Source: an uncultured Candidatus Saccharimonas sp. (lineage in GTDB: Bacteria > Patescibacteriota > Saccharimonadia > Saccharimonadales > Saccharimonadaceae). From it: a DNA stretch of 64,000 nucleotides. Below the pieces are notes generated by a model. That model saw only the letters and a list, made by a program, of their open reading frames with translations, was not told the origin of the DNA and did no database searches. Numbering within the stretch: position 1 is the first letter of the stretch; every line of letters begins with the position of its first letter. Position numbers and translations under genes: made by a program. Where the stretch lies: assembly GCA_964511655.1 (NCBI GenBank), contig CAZEGB010000001.1, positions 7,087 through 71,086 of the forward strand, read 5' to 3'. This document shows positions 52,061-61,791 of the stretch, piece after piece.

Positions 52061-53077
52061 ATGTTCAAATCCGCAACATTGCGATTGACCGGCTGGTATC
52101 TACTAATCCTAATGGCGATTAGCGTCATGTTCAGTATTGCCATTTATGGCGTAATGTCTGATGAGATGGACGTTCATTTGCGCCGTTTCCAGACTAACTT
52201 GCAACAGTCCCAGGATTTTTCGCCGCCACCCGGCATGGCCGTGAATTTCCGCAACAGCGAGATCAAAGAAGCCTTGGACAATTTCTCGCTACAGCTCGTT
52301 TATATAAATTTATTAGTCTTAATAGTTGGCGGACTTGGCAGCTACTGTTTAGCACGCCGTAATCTTTTGCCAATCGAAAGGGCGCACGAAGCCCAATCAC
52401 GCTTTACTAGTGATGCCAGTCATGAGTTTAGGACACCTCTGGCGGTCATGAAGACCGAACTTGAAGTGGCGCTAAGAGACAAAGACACTACGACTGACAG
52501 CTTGAAAGAAGTGCTCTCCAGTAATCTGGAAGAAGTTGACAAACTATCCAGATTAGCAGAAATGTTGCTTAATTTATCCCAGTTAGAACATGCCAAACTA
52601 AAAATGGGACCTGTCAATTTAACTAGAGTTACACGCAACGTACTGAAGGATTTCGGCCCTATGGCAAACCGCATCTCATTTGATTCCAAGAAGCGGCTGA
52701 TAGTGTGCGGCAACGAGATGGCTATCGCCGACTTAATACAAGTCTTGGTTGATAACGCCATCCAGTATAGCCCTAAAGATTCAAAGATATCGATTACGAT
52801 TTCAAAATTCGAGCAATGCGCAAAGTTCGAAATCTCGAATAATGGTCCGGGTATAGAACCGGAAATACTGCCTCATATCTTCGACAGGTTCTATCGAGCC
52901 GATTCGTCTCGGACGAACGGCAAGCGCAAAGGTTTTGGCATCGGTCTGGCTTTGGCAAAGAATATAGTTGAACTGCATAAAGGCAAGCTTTTTGCCAGCA
53001 GTACACCCGACAAAGAAACTACTTTTTCTTTTCTTTTACCGATTTATTCAATCATTCAAGCTAAAACTAAGAACTAG
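52061..53077 (+). CDS. sensor histidine kinase (2 TM, HisKA plus HATPase_c)
   Basis: H-box SHEFRTPLAV, N-box DNAIQYSP, G-boxes NNGPGI and GFGIGLA. Confidence 0.9.
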   Translation: MFKSATLRLTGWYLLILMAISVMFSIAIYGVMSDEMDVHLRRFQTNLQQSQDFSPPPGMAVNFRNSEIKEALDNFSLQLVYINLLVLIVGGLGSYCLARRNLLPIERAHEAQSRFTSDASHEFRTPLAVMKTELEVALRDKDTTTDSLKEVLSSNLEEVDKLSRLAEMLLNLSQLEHAKLKMGPVNLTRVTRNVLKDFGPMANRISFDSKKRLIVCGNEMAIADLIQVLVDNAIQYSPKDSKISITISKFEQCAKFEISNNGPGIEPEILPHIFDRFYRADSSRTNGKRKGFGIGLALAKNIVELHKGKLFASSTPDKETTFSFLLPIYSIIQAKTKN

Positions 53078-53132
53078 TTCATACAATAACATTCATAACA
53101 TCTAACGTTCGCTAGTCAGCGAAGGAGAAAAT

Positions 53133-54512
53133 ATGAATGTAATCACGCGGGGAATTAAAAATGCCCTCCGTAGTCCGTTACGCTCAGGCGCAATCATTCT
53201 GATGCTTGCAATCAGCATCGGATTAATACTATGTATGCTTGTCGCGAGGGGCAGCATCAATAACAAAATCGCTGATGTCAAGGCAACTGCCGGCACTAAT
53301 ATTACAATCAGACCGGCCGGTGTTATGGGTTTTGCCGGCGGCGGCGATCTGCTAACCGCTGAGCAAATCTCTACAATTAAAAATACCGACCATATATCAG
53401 GCATAACATCGACATTAAGCGATCAATTAAGTACATCTGATGCCAACCTTACTTCGTCACTGGAAATGGGGAACTTTGGTGAACGCATGCAAAGGTTTGA
53501 AAGTAGCAGCAGCTCTAGCAGTACATCGAGTTCTTCGGACTCTAGCAGCGATTCCACTTCAACCGAGGCCCGTCCTGCACCGACACCAAGAATCACCGTG
53601 ACTGGTACGACCGACCCTAACTCTGTTTCCAGCACTGGCGGTGCTATCACCATTTCAAGCGGCAAGACAATTGATGGCAATAGCAGCGACCTGGTAGCGC
53701 TGATTGGTACCGACCTAGCTACTAAAAACAACCTTGAAGTAGGCAGTACATTTACTACCTACAGTAAAACTGTCACAGTCGTAGGGATATTTACAACCGG
53801 CAATACCTTCCAAGATAGCGGTATTATAATGCCCCTTGGCACAGTCCAGACGCTGACCGACCAGACAGACGAAATCAGCAGCGTCGTCGCCAAAGTTGAC
53901 AGCAGTGACAACGTCAGCTCGGTCGTATCAAGCCTGAAATCATCGCTTGGTAGCAAGGCAGATATTGTTAGCGAAATCGACATTGCTAACAACAGCGTGT
54001 CGAGCCTAGAAGGCATCGCCTCGTTGGCCCTCGCAGGCGTCATCGGCGCGACCGTTGCCGGTGCAGTTATCATACTACTAGCAATGGTCATGATAGTACG
54101 CGAAAGAAGGCGTGAAATCGGCGTCATAAAAGCCATCGGCGGTACGAACGCAAAAGTAATAACTCAATTCATGACTGAGGCCCTAACCTTGACTGTTATC
54201 GGAGCAGTAATAGGACTCTCACTAGGCGTATTAGTCAGCGGGCCGATGACAACGTCACTAGTAAGCAACGCGAGCACCACCTCAGCCGGTTCATCCAGCA
54301 CATCCAGTAACAGACCCGATGGGCCCGGCGGAATGATGATGCGCGGCATGAATCAAATAAGTAAAAACTTTACTCAAGTAACGGCCAGTCTGACACCCCA
54401 AATATTCATAATAGCTACTAGTATGACCCTGCTCATCGCAGTAGTAGGCAGCGCCGTACCAGCATGGTTCATTGCCCGTATACGCCCGGCTGAAGTGTTA
54501 AGGTCCGAATAA
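53133..54512 (+). CDS. MacB/FtsX-type ABC transporter permease with a Ser-rich low-complexity insert in the periplasmic domain
   Basis: N-terminal TM, a large extracytoplasmic domain (SSSSSSTSSSSDSSSDSTSTE, about 53503-53565), and a C-terminal FtsX 3-TM bundle (RRREIGVIKAIGG). Confidence 0.8.
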   Translation: MNVITRGIKNALRSPLRSGAIILMLAISIGLILCMLVARGSINNKIADVKATAGTNITIRPAGVMGFAGGGDLLTAEQISTIKNTDHISGITSTLSDQLSTSDANLTSSLEMGNFGERMQRFESSSSSSSTSSSSDSSSDSTSTEARPAPTPRITVTGTTDPNSVSSTGGAITISSGKTIDGNSSDLVALIGTDLATKNNLEVGSTFTTYSKTVTVVGIFTTGNTFQDSGIIMPLGTVQTLTDQTDEISSVVAKVDSSDNVSSVVSSLKSSLGSKADIVSEIDIANNSVSSLEGIASLALAGVIGATVAGAVIILLAMVMIVRERRREIGVIKAIGGTNAKVITQFMTEALTLTVIGAVIGLSLGVLVSGPMTTSLVSNASTTSAGSSSTSSNRPDGPGGMMMRGMNQISKNFTQVTASLTPQIFIIATSMTLLIAVVGSAVPAWFIARIRPAEVLRSE

Positions 54513-54528
54513 AATATAGGAGTAAATT

Positions 54529-55197
54529 ATGTTAGTAGTCAAAAACCTTACCAAAGTATTCTCAAGCCCTAGCGGCGACGTGACAGCCTTAGATAACGTA
54601 AATCTAAGCGTAAAAACCGGCGAGTTCGCCAGTATCATCGGCAAATCAGGCAGCGACAAAAGCACGCTGCTGGCAATGCTAGGTGTACTAGACGTTCCAA
54701 CGGAAGGCAGCGTAGAAGTTGACGGCGTCGACGTAGCCAAAATGTCCGCCGGCAAACAGACGTCATACCGGGCAAAGAAAATCGGTTTCGTATTTCAGTA
54801 TTACAACCTGATACCAAACCTTTCGGCTGTCGAAAACGTCATGTTGGCACTGGAATTTGGCGGAGTGCCTAAAAACAAACGCCAGGAAAAAGCCGCCAAA
54901 CTTCTAAGTGATGTCGGTATCAAACCGGACGAGCAATTGCGCAAGCCTTCGCGTCTTAGCGGCGGGCAACAACAGCGCGTCGCTATCGCCAGGGCCTTGG
55001 CGAACGATCCGGCAATTATTTTAGCAGACGAGCCGACCGGTAATCTAGATAGCGAAACCGGCAAAAATATATTCGATTTGTTACATAAATTATCACGCAG
55101 CAAAAATACGACGATTTTGGCTGTCACGCATGATATGGATATTGCCGGCAAGACCGATATTACTTTCAGACTAAAAGATGGTAAGATAACCGCTTGA
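54529..55197 (+). CDS. ABC transporter ATP-binding protein (MacB/LolD-like)
   Basis: Walker A GKSGSDKST, signature LSGGQQQRVAIARA, Walker B ILADEPTGNLD. Confidence 0.92.
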   Translation: MLVVKNLTKVFSSPSGDVTALDNVNLSVKTGEFASIIGKSGSDKSTLLAMLGVLDVPTEGSVEVDGVDVAKMSAGKQTSYRAKKIGFVFQYYNLIPNLSAVENVMLALEFGGVPKNKRQEKAAKLLSDVGIKPDEQLRKPSRLSGGQQQRVAIARALANDPAIILADEPTGNLDSETGKNIFDLLHKLSRSKNTTILAVTHDMDIAGKTDITFRLKDGKITA

Positions 55198-55198
55198 T

Positions 55199-57511
55199 TT
55201 AGCGCTCGCGCTCTTTTAGGCGTCTTCCGGCCTCGCCGGCTATCACCCATTGCAAAACAGCTGTGGTAACAATCACGAGCAGCAACGGTAAGGTTCCTTG
55301 CCAGGCCGGCGTCGTAAAGTCAAAGAAGTCGCGAATAAAACCGACTCCAAAACTAATCGTAAATATAAAGACAACAATCAGTATATATAGTATCCTTGCT
55401 AATTTAGCCTTGCGATCATTGACTACGTCGAACATTCTCGGTACTAAGAATACTAGGTAGATGCCAAACAGCAAGGCAATAATCACGGTCGTAGTCGATA
55501 CGCCCTCTAAGTCATTCGGATGAATTACCCGTAACATTATGTACGTCAACGTCGCGACCATACCAGAAAGGGCGGCTATCGGGATAATTGCAAACAGCGT
55601 GTCGCGCCAAAAATAACGCGGCGACAACCGATGGCGCGGCAAAGGAATAAATAATGTCCACATGATAGTAGGTAGTGTTACCAGGAATATATTCATAAAA
55701 GTGATATGTCGCGGTTCATACGGGTAAACGATAAAGTAGGCCAAGGTCGAAAGCAACAGTACTGTTCCATAGATAATCTTGTGAAAGAATAACGTGGCAA
55801 TCATTTCGATTGCCTGCATTATGCGATTACCCAACTTCATCCCTAACGGCAGTGAATTGAAAGAATTGCTTAGAAGTACTATGTCGGCCACGCGCCTAGT
55901 CGAGGCAGCACCGGCAAACATTGCGACTCCCAGATCGGATTTTTTGATAGCAAGGGCATCATTGACGCCGTCGCCAACCATACCGGTAAAATTGCCCATC
56001 TTTTTGAAAGTTGCTATTAATCTTTCTTTTTGCTCGGGCAAAACTCGTGCGAATACGGTCGTTTCCGAAACCAGTTTGTCCCATTCGTGACTGTGCAATT
56101 CCTTCAGTTCGGCTCCGGTAATAACTTTCTGATAGTTTTCGATGCCGACTTGTTTAGCCACATATTGAACCGTATTCGGATTATCGCCGCTGATGACTCG
56201 AATACTGACGCCGTTATTCTGTAAAAATGCCACGGTTTTTTCAACGCCGCGCCGTAGTTCGTTAGTCAATACCACTAGTCCGATAGACTTGCCGGATTGA
56301 TTGGGAATTTGCTTTAATGAACCTTTTTCAGTATCAAACATAGCAACCAACAGAACGCGCTTGCCGACACTAGCCAGTGATTCGATACGCCGTTTCTGTA
56401 CAGGTGTAAGTTCAGCCAGTTTGCCTAAAAATTCAGGTGCGCCAACAAGAATACTGTGTGTCCTGCCGCCGTATTTCACTTTGATGCCGCTCATTTTGCG
56501 TTCAGACGAAAAGGCAAGCGTCTCAATGACCTCATATTTTTCAGGAACAGGAAATGCCGCAGCCATAGCATCACCAGTAGAACTACCGCTGCTGGTTTCC
56601 TTGGCGACGACACCGATAAGTTCATGAATGTCACTAACGGATTCGTCAAATAGTTCCAGGTTGTCAAAAGTAATTTTGTCACTTGTCAGAGTACCGGTCT
56701 TGTCGACGCATAATACATCAAGTAGAGCCATCGCTTCGATTGCCGCTAATTTTTGCGGCAATACTTTCGCCTGAGCAAGCCTTATCGAACCGTAAGCCAG
56801 CAATAAAGTACTGGCTAGCAATAATCCTTCCGGGATAACAGTTACGGCGCCAGAGGTAATCGTCTTGAATATCCTGACCGCATTTTCACCCGACAAGCGA
56901 TAAACGATAAATATTAATCCCGCCAGACCCAAGGCGCCATAAGTCAACCAATTGATTGCCCGAGCAATATTCTTTTGAATAGGTGTTAACCTGGGGTTAT
57001 AGCGTTTCAATGTCGACGCCATCTTGCCGACCCTGGTATCTGCTCCGACTGCAGTAACATGCATGGTTGCACTGCCGGCAACTACCGCGCTGGCCGCATA
57101 AACGATTGAGTCTAATTCTTTATCAACCGGCGCCGATTCGCCGGTCATTATACTTTCATCTGCCTCCATGCCGCTTGAGGCCGTAATCAAACCGTCAGCC
57201 GGTACCTCGTCGCCCATTTCGAGTTTGACAAAATCACCGACCTGCAGTTTATCGAACATGACTTCTTCAGTACCACCATTAGGCAGTATCCGACGGGCCC
57301 GAGGAGCATTCATAAGTTCTAATTTCTTTAACATCCTTTGAGCACGTATCTCCTGGACGATCGCTATCAATGTATTGAATACTATGACCGATGATATGAA
57401 TAATGCGTCGCGATTTTCCTTTAAAAACGCCATCACGGCGGCCAATAAAAGAATCGCTATGACAGTCGGCGACAAAAAATTTCGCCGGATAATAATCAGG
57501 ATATCCTTCAT
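55199..57511 (-). CDS. P-type cation-transporting ATPase (type II-like)
   Basis: TGES, PEGL, DKTGTLT, ISGDN, GDGVNDALAI. Confidence 0.88.
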   Translation of the reverse strand: MKDILIIIRRNFLSPTVIAILLLAAVMAFLKENRDALFISSVIVFNTLIAIVQEIRAQRMLKKLELMNAPRARRILPNGGTEEVMFDKLQVGDFVKLEMGDEVPADGLITASSGMEADESIMTGESAPVDKELDSIVYAASAVVAGSATMHVTAVGADTRVGKMASTLKRYNPRLTPIQKNIARAINWLTYGALGLAGLIFIVYRLSGENAVRIFKTITSGAVTVIPEGLLLASTLLLAYGSIRLAQAKVLPQKLAAIEAMALLDVLCVDKTGTLTSDKITFDNLELFDESVSDIHELIGVVAKETSSGSSTGDAMAAAFPVPEKYEVIETLAFSSERKMSGIKVKYGGRTHSILVGAPEFLGKLAELTPVQKRRIESLASVGKRVLLVAMFDTEKGSLKQIPNQSGKSIGLVVLTNELRRGVEKTVAFLQNNGVSIRVISGDNPNTVQYVAKQVGIENYQKVITGAELKELHSHEWDKLVSETTVFARVLPEQKERLIATFKKMGNFTGMVGDGVNDALAIKKSDLGVAMFAGAASTRRVADIVLLSNSFNSLPLGMKLGNRIMQAIEMIATLFFHKIIYGTVLLLSTLAYFIVYPYEPRHITFMNIFLVTLPTIMWTLFIPLPRHRLSPRYFWRDTLFAIIPIAALSGMVATLTYIMLRVIHPNDLEGVSTTTVIIALLFGIYLVFLVPRMFDVVNDRKAKLARILYILIVVFIFTISFGVGFIRDFFDFTTPAWQGTLPLLLVIVTTAVLQWVIAGEAGRRLKERER

Positions 57512-57663
57512 ATTATCCTATTATATGTTTTCTTATCGTATATGGCTATGCTTGCCTAGTTAAAGAAAAAAACACAACGATAATGTGTTTGATTTAAGCT
57601 TTGGTTCAGCAATATGCGGGATAATGAGATTGCAATATTAAAGTCATAGGGGGAGGATTCACT

Positions 57664-58140
57664 ATGAAAACTACCATCACAGACAAAACGATTTTGCTAA
57701 GCAAGAAGGGTTTGAAAGAACTCAAGAGAACAATCGCCCAATTAGAACGTGACAAACGAATCGCTTTGGAAGAACTTCGTGATTTTGAAAAAACTTTCGG
57801 TCACGACGAAAGGTTGGAACGAATTGAAAAAATAGCATCGTTAGAGATTATCGAATCGGAATTGAACGATAAAAAGATGGTTCTAGCAAACGCCAAATTA
57901 CTGCCGTCAAAACGCGAAAGGATAAAGGTCGCCATCGGATCGGTCGTCGATCTGATTGATATGCGCGGACATCTGTTTCGTTTTACGATAGTCGATAGTA
58001 TCGAGGCAAATCCAAGCGACGGACGAATTTCGATTCTCAGCCCGCTGGGGAAAAGCCTGTTGGGCCGAACCGTCAAAGACATAGTCAAGTGGGGGACAGG
58101 CAATAAAACCAATCAATTCCAATTAGTACGAATATCTTAG
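57664..58140 (+). CDS. greA: GreA/GreB-family transcription elongation factor
   Basis: N-terminal coiled coil (LSKKGLKELKRTIAQLE) and C-terminal FKBP-like domain (V.IGS.V.L.D..G....F.IV...EA.P..G.IS..SP.G..LLG). Confidence 0.8.
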   Translation: MKTTITDKTILLSKKGLKELKRTIAQLERDKRIALEELRDFEKTFGHDERLERIEKIASLEIIESELNDKKMVLANAKLLPSKRERIKVAIGSVVDLIDMRGHLFRFTIVDSIEANPSDGRISILSPLGKSLLGRTVKDIVKWGTGNKTNQFQLVRIS

Positions 58141-58162
58141 CCGAGATGCCCTGATTATTGAG

Positions 58163-58187
58163 AAAACCCGGTATATCCGGGTTTTTT
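58163..58187. terminator. bidirectional rho-independent terminator
   Basis: AAAACCCGG-tata-TCCGGGTTTTTT lies between the convergent greA and the 58208-58459 ORF. Confidence 0.75.
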
Positions 58188-58207
58188 CATATTCTACAAG
58201 ATTAAAG

Positions 58208-58459
58208 CTATGACGCAATACTCAATAGCGTCCAATTGCCGCCATTGTCATCGTTGCGCAGATGATATTCCGACACGCCGTCCGACATGGTAAATATCTC
58301 GGCAATCCGCTCGCCCTGACGCACTAAACATCGCAAGCCGGCATCAATGAAATGATAGGTTACGCCATTAAATTCGATCCGACGCGGATAGGCGACCATA
58401 TTCTTTTTAAATCCGACTGACGTCACGACGATCTGTTCGTTTATTTCCACTTTGCTCAT
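58208..58459 (-). CDS. hypothetical 83-aa protein
   Basis: SD GGGGGA upstream of the ATG, and a terminator downstream. No motif recognised. Confidence 0.5.
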   Translation of the reverse strand: MSKVEINEQIVVTSVGFKKNMVAYPRRIEFNGVTYHFIDAGLRCLVRQGERIAEIFTMSDGVSEYHLRNDDNGGNWTLLSIAS

Positions 58460-58704
58460 AACAATTCCCCCAAATTAAGACTATTTAAGACTGCCGGTTG
58501 GATTAGATTAACCAGCGAACGGCTTGGTGGGTTAGTTAACAAGGGATAGGAAAGCGATACCGTTCAAATTCGCGTTCTGTTTACCCGTAACTAATAATTG
58601 TTTTCGTCTGTCAGTGGCTAGTTATTAGCGTAACGACGTTGATGGTGGCTTTATATATAAGCCTGTAAGTGGAAAGGTTGCCCAGTACCTACATAGCTAT
58701 CCTA

Positions 58705-58735
58705 ATTATATATTGTCGATTACTTGAAGCGTCAA
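58705..58735 (-). promoter_or_regulatory. sigma70-like promoter TTGACG-N17-TATATA (or N19-TATAAT) preceding a ~240-nt leader
   Basis: On the minus strand, TTGACG is at 58735-58730 and TATATAAT at 58712-58705. Confidence 0.45.
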
Positions 58736-58755
58736 TCACAAAATCTATGTGAAAT

Positions 58756-59328
58756 TTACTTCAATGACAGCACTTCGGCCAAGGTTTTATCGTTGATGTA
58801 AATATCGGCAGTTGTCACATTGGCGGCTTTTTCGGCGGTCATTTCTAATACTGCCTGGACGCGTGGATTATCGCATACGCCGCCAAGACTAAGCGTACCA
58901 GTCAAATACACTTTTATTGTATCGCCGGACTTTTGGCTGCTAGAGAATTTGAGATTGGAGTTATACAAAACATTATAAAGGCCCGATTCGCCGTACCATT
59001 GGTTCTTGTTGGATAATAGCCTTTCGAAGGATGATTTAACGACGTCATTAGTCGTTACATCGGCAGTCGTTACCGCCACGGCGCTGTCGCCGCAACCGAT
59101 CTTGACACCGGATTTGCCATCATCTTCGATTGCGGTGTAATACAAAATTAACGGACCGGTAACCTCATTGGTCTTTTGCTGGTTATTATTCGACGAGTCA
59201 GTCGATTTTTTGCCGACCGTAAATGATATGTTGATATTCAACATATTAATAGCCAATACCGCCAAAATACCCGCGGCGATAATGACCCCCAAAATTGATG
59301 AAGTAATTGCCCAGTAGTTATGTCTCAT
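58756..59328 (-). CDS. membrane-anchored GerMN-domain protein
   Basis: N-terminal TM, then a pattern typical of GerMN (ILYYT...GCGDS.V.V....., L..LL, TIKVYLTG.L, VQAVLEMT, IYIND). Confidence 0.6.
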   Translation of the reverse strand: MRHNYWAITSSILGVIIAAGILAVLAINMLNINISFTVGKKSTDSSNNNQQKTNEVTGPLILYYTAIEDDGKSGVKIGCGDSAVAVTTADVTTNDVVKSSFERLLSNKNQWYGESGLYNVLYNSNLKFSSSQKSGDTIKVYLTGTLSLGGVCDNPRVQAVLEMTAEKAANVTTADIYINDKTLAEVLSLK

Positions 59329-59392
59329 AAAGACTTACTCCTGCTTAGTTTATAAGCATATTATACCATTTTTAAAGCAATATAAAAAGAAA

Positions 59393-60532
59393 CTATTTTT
59401 TTGCGTCGACGCCGATAGCTTGGCTGATGTGGGTATAGCCGTCTTTTTCCAGTAATCTAATTAGTCCGTCATTGATTTCAGCTGCCAGTTGTGGGCCGTT
59501 AAATATCAGGCCGGTGATAATTTCAACCAGGCTGGCACCCAGACGTATTTTTACATAGGCATCCTCGGCCGTAAAAATTCCGCCGACGCCGATTATCGTC
59601 AATTTTTTACCGTAATTTAGGTACGTTCGACGAATCAGTTCGTTACTTAGATTATAGGCCGGTTTGCCGCTTAGATTGCCACGAACCGAATCAGGTAAAA
59701 CGTCTTTCAACTCGACTTTGCTTCGGTCCTTTGCCAGATTAGCGACCGTAACACCGGCGACCTTGTGTTTTACTGCCACATCCAACAACTTTTTGAAATT
59801 TTTCCAATCCAAATCGACCGGCATTTTGATAAATATCGGCTTTTTTAGACCGACTTCGTCGACGGCCGATAGCAATTTTTCCAAGCGCTCCGGCGTAGTA
59901 AACGGTTCGCCGCCGTAAGCGTTCGGACAAGATATATTAACTTCAAATATCTTGATGGATTTTTCATTTTTAGCTCGCTTTAGCGTAGTTACGTAATCGT
60001 TTATAGCGTCCTTGGTATCGACGACCTTGCTATGGTTCGTCTTGGCGACCGAAAGCACGATAGGGAAGCCTCCAGTAGCCTTTGAACCGTAATTCTTCAA
60101 CCTATTAATAACTACTAGCGAGCCGTCGTTAGCCAACCCTGCATTCACGACTAACGACTTGGTTTTTGGCAACCGATAGAACCAAGGGCGGGGATTGCCG
60201 GCGCATTTTTTTGCCGTGACCGAACCGACCGTACCGAAACCGAACCCCAGTGCCGCGATAGCCGGTACGATTTCGCCGCTTTTATCAAAGCCGGCCGCCA
60301 GTCCAACGGGGCTGTCAAATTCGATGCCGTGAAATTTCTGAACCAATCTGTCATCACGCTTTCTTTTGAAGATTGTCCTGACAAACAACGTGAATATGCC
60401 GGAGGACCCCAAAACAGATGTCGTCCGTATCATCGAACTATGCATAAAGTCCGCCGGCAACAAGAATATAACCGCCTTGCCCGGATAAACGTACAAAAAC
60501 CGACATATTTTCCAAAGATAAGTTCGTACCAT
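59393..60532 (-). CDS. pyrD: dihydroorotate dehydrogenase (quinone), class 2
   Basis: GL.F.SPVGLAAGFDK.GE, GFGF..VGSVT, NISCPN, GVGGI....DAY.KIR.GASLV, and an N-terminal membrane-association helix. Confidence 0.85.
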   Translation of the reverse strand: MVRTYLWKICRFLYVYPGKAVIFLLPADFMHSSMIRTTSVLGSSGIFTLFVRTIFKRKRDDRLVQKFHGIEFDSPVGLAAGFDKSGEIVPAIAALGFGFGTVGSVTAKKCAGNPRPWFYRLPKTKSLVVNAGLANDGSLVVINRLKNYGSKATGGFPIVLSVAKTNHSKVVDTKDAINDYVTTLKRAKNEKSIKIFEVNISCPNAYGGEPFTTPERLEKLLSAVDEVGLKKPIFIKMPVDLDWKNFKKLLDVAVKHKVAGVTVANLAKDRSKVELKDVLPDSVRGNLSGKPAYNLSNELIRRTYLNYGKKLTIIGVGGIFTAEDAYVKIRLGASLVEIITGLIFNGPQLAAEINDGLIRLLEKDGYTHISQAIGVDAKK

Positions 60533-60582
60533 GTCTATTAATTATGACAGATTGTCACAACTGGTCAAACTTTTACGTCATA

Positions 60583-61752
60583 CTATTTCGTAACACGAAA
60601 GCCAATGGCTGCGTAAGCGTCGGTCATAGTGTCTGTCAAGCATAGATAAAATGGCCCAGGATTACCTGCTGAACTTTGGTAGTAACCACTACGAAGAAAA
60701 GGACGTAATACAGTCGTGTCATCGGCATTTGTATGGGCTCTTCCAATACCCTGGGCACCTCCCCAACTGGCAGCAGCAGCATACGCTGTAGCAGGGTATG
60801 GGTCAGGTGATAGCGTTCCGTGAGTCGTCACCGCGTTCCACTCCCTGGTATCCATACCTCCGCCCAAAACACCAGGCTGACCGCCCAGCGTCTGACCCTG
60901 AGTCCATTCGTACGCGTTACCAACGAAATCCCAAATCACTTCGCCATTCGAAAGAGTCAACGTCCTACGTTGGTTCGAAGGGGCGGTATTACCAGTCAAA
61001 TAGTAGCCATCATTGTCATCCGTTGAACCTGCAATGCGAGAGGTAGGGCTATTATCAGTATGCCCGACGTACATTTCGCCCGACCCTACAACACCGCCAG
61101 TCCAATTGCTTGCAACTAACATGACGTTTTGGGCAATCGTTAACCACTCGGCCTCGGTAATCAGATGACAGCCGCTACAAGCAGTTTCTGCAGTAGTAAT
61201 AGAATTTGGCTGGGTAATAGTCCCCCAGTTAGTACCCGCCGCTACGCTGGTTGGTATACCGCCAACGTTCTTGGCTTCGAACTTCATGACACAAAAGTCT
61301 GACGTGCCGTAAGTCGCGCTGCCAGGCACTACTATGAATCCTGTCGGGCAAGTAATTGCCGTAGATACGGTCGGGGTAGTACTTTCGGTTATTTCATATT
61401 TTGTCGTTCCCTGGGTCCCTGTCAAAAGAAAGGTTTCTTGATCGACCGTAGAATAAGCCAAAGTAGTGCCGCTGTTAGATTTTAGACAAAAATTATTATC
61501 AACGGTCGATGGAGCCGTCGGGCACAGACTAGCATTAAGAAAAGGGTAAGAGCCGTATTTTAAATTGTAGGCTTTTAACATTTTCGCAGCACTGGACAAA
61601 TCAGACTGGACAACTGCAGCCGTGGCCTTGCCGGAGATATTATTGTACGTGGCTATGGTAATCGCAGCTAAAATAGCTATGACTACAATCACTACCAGTA
61701 TTTCGATAATTGTGAACCCTTTTTGAACACGAGAAAGACAAACTTTTTTCAT
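60583..61752 (-). CDS. type IV pilin-like protein fused to an FGE/SUMF1-type (C-type-lectin fold) domain
   Basis: Prepilin motif KG|FTIIEILVVIVVIAILAAI with Glu+5, a two-Cys pilin head, then LITEAEWLTIAQN and VGNAYEWTQ and C-terminal IGFRV (FGE-sulfatase-domain hallmarks). Confidence 0.75.
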   Translation of the reverse strand: MKKVCLSRVQKGFTIIEILVVIVVIAILAAITIATYNNISGKATAAVVQSDLSSAAKMLKAYNLKYGSYPFLNASLCPTAPSTVDNNFCLKSNSGTTLAYSTVDQETFLLTGTQGTTKYEITESTTPTVSTAITCPTGFIVVPGSATYGTSDFCVMKFEAKNVGGIPTSVAAGTNWGTITQPNSITTAETACSGCHLITEAEWLTIAQNVMLVASNWTGGVVGSGEMYVGHTDNSPTSRIAGSTDDNDGYYLTGNTAPSNQRRTLTLSNGEVIWDFVGNAYEWTQGQTLGGQPGVLGGGMDTREWNAVTTHGTLSPDPYPATAYAAAASWGGAQGIGRAHTNADDTTVLRPFLRSGYYQSSAGNPGPFYLCLTDTMTDAYAAIGFRVTK

Positions 61753-61791
61753 GACCCTAGTTTAGCATTAGCAGCATGGATATATCAAATG

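Noticed and set aside
58460-58755. A match of the long leader to a known riboswitch class (FMN, TPP, SAM, c-di-GMP, glycine, fluoride, guanidine, preQ1, ZTP).
   Set aside because: I could not find the conserved core sequences of any of these classes by eye. It is kept only as an unclassified candidate regulatory RNA.
60583-60780. The C-terminus of the FGE/C-type-lectin-fold pilin (ending ...AAIGFRVTK) looks like the variable region of a diversity-generating retroelement (DGR) target protein.
   Set aside because: I found no reverse transcriptase ORF (no YxDD-type motif in any listed ORF) and no second, A-rich near-copy (template repeat) of the 3' ~120 nt anywhere in the window. The GFR-type ending is also generic to FGE-sulfatase domains. 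It is still worth scanning the rest of the genome for an RT/TR acting in trans.
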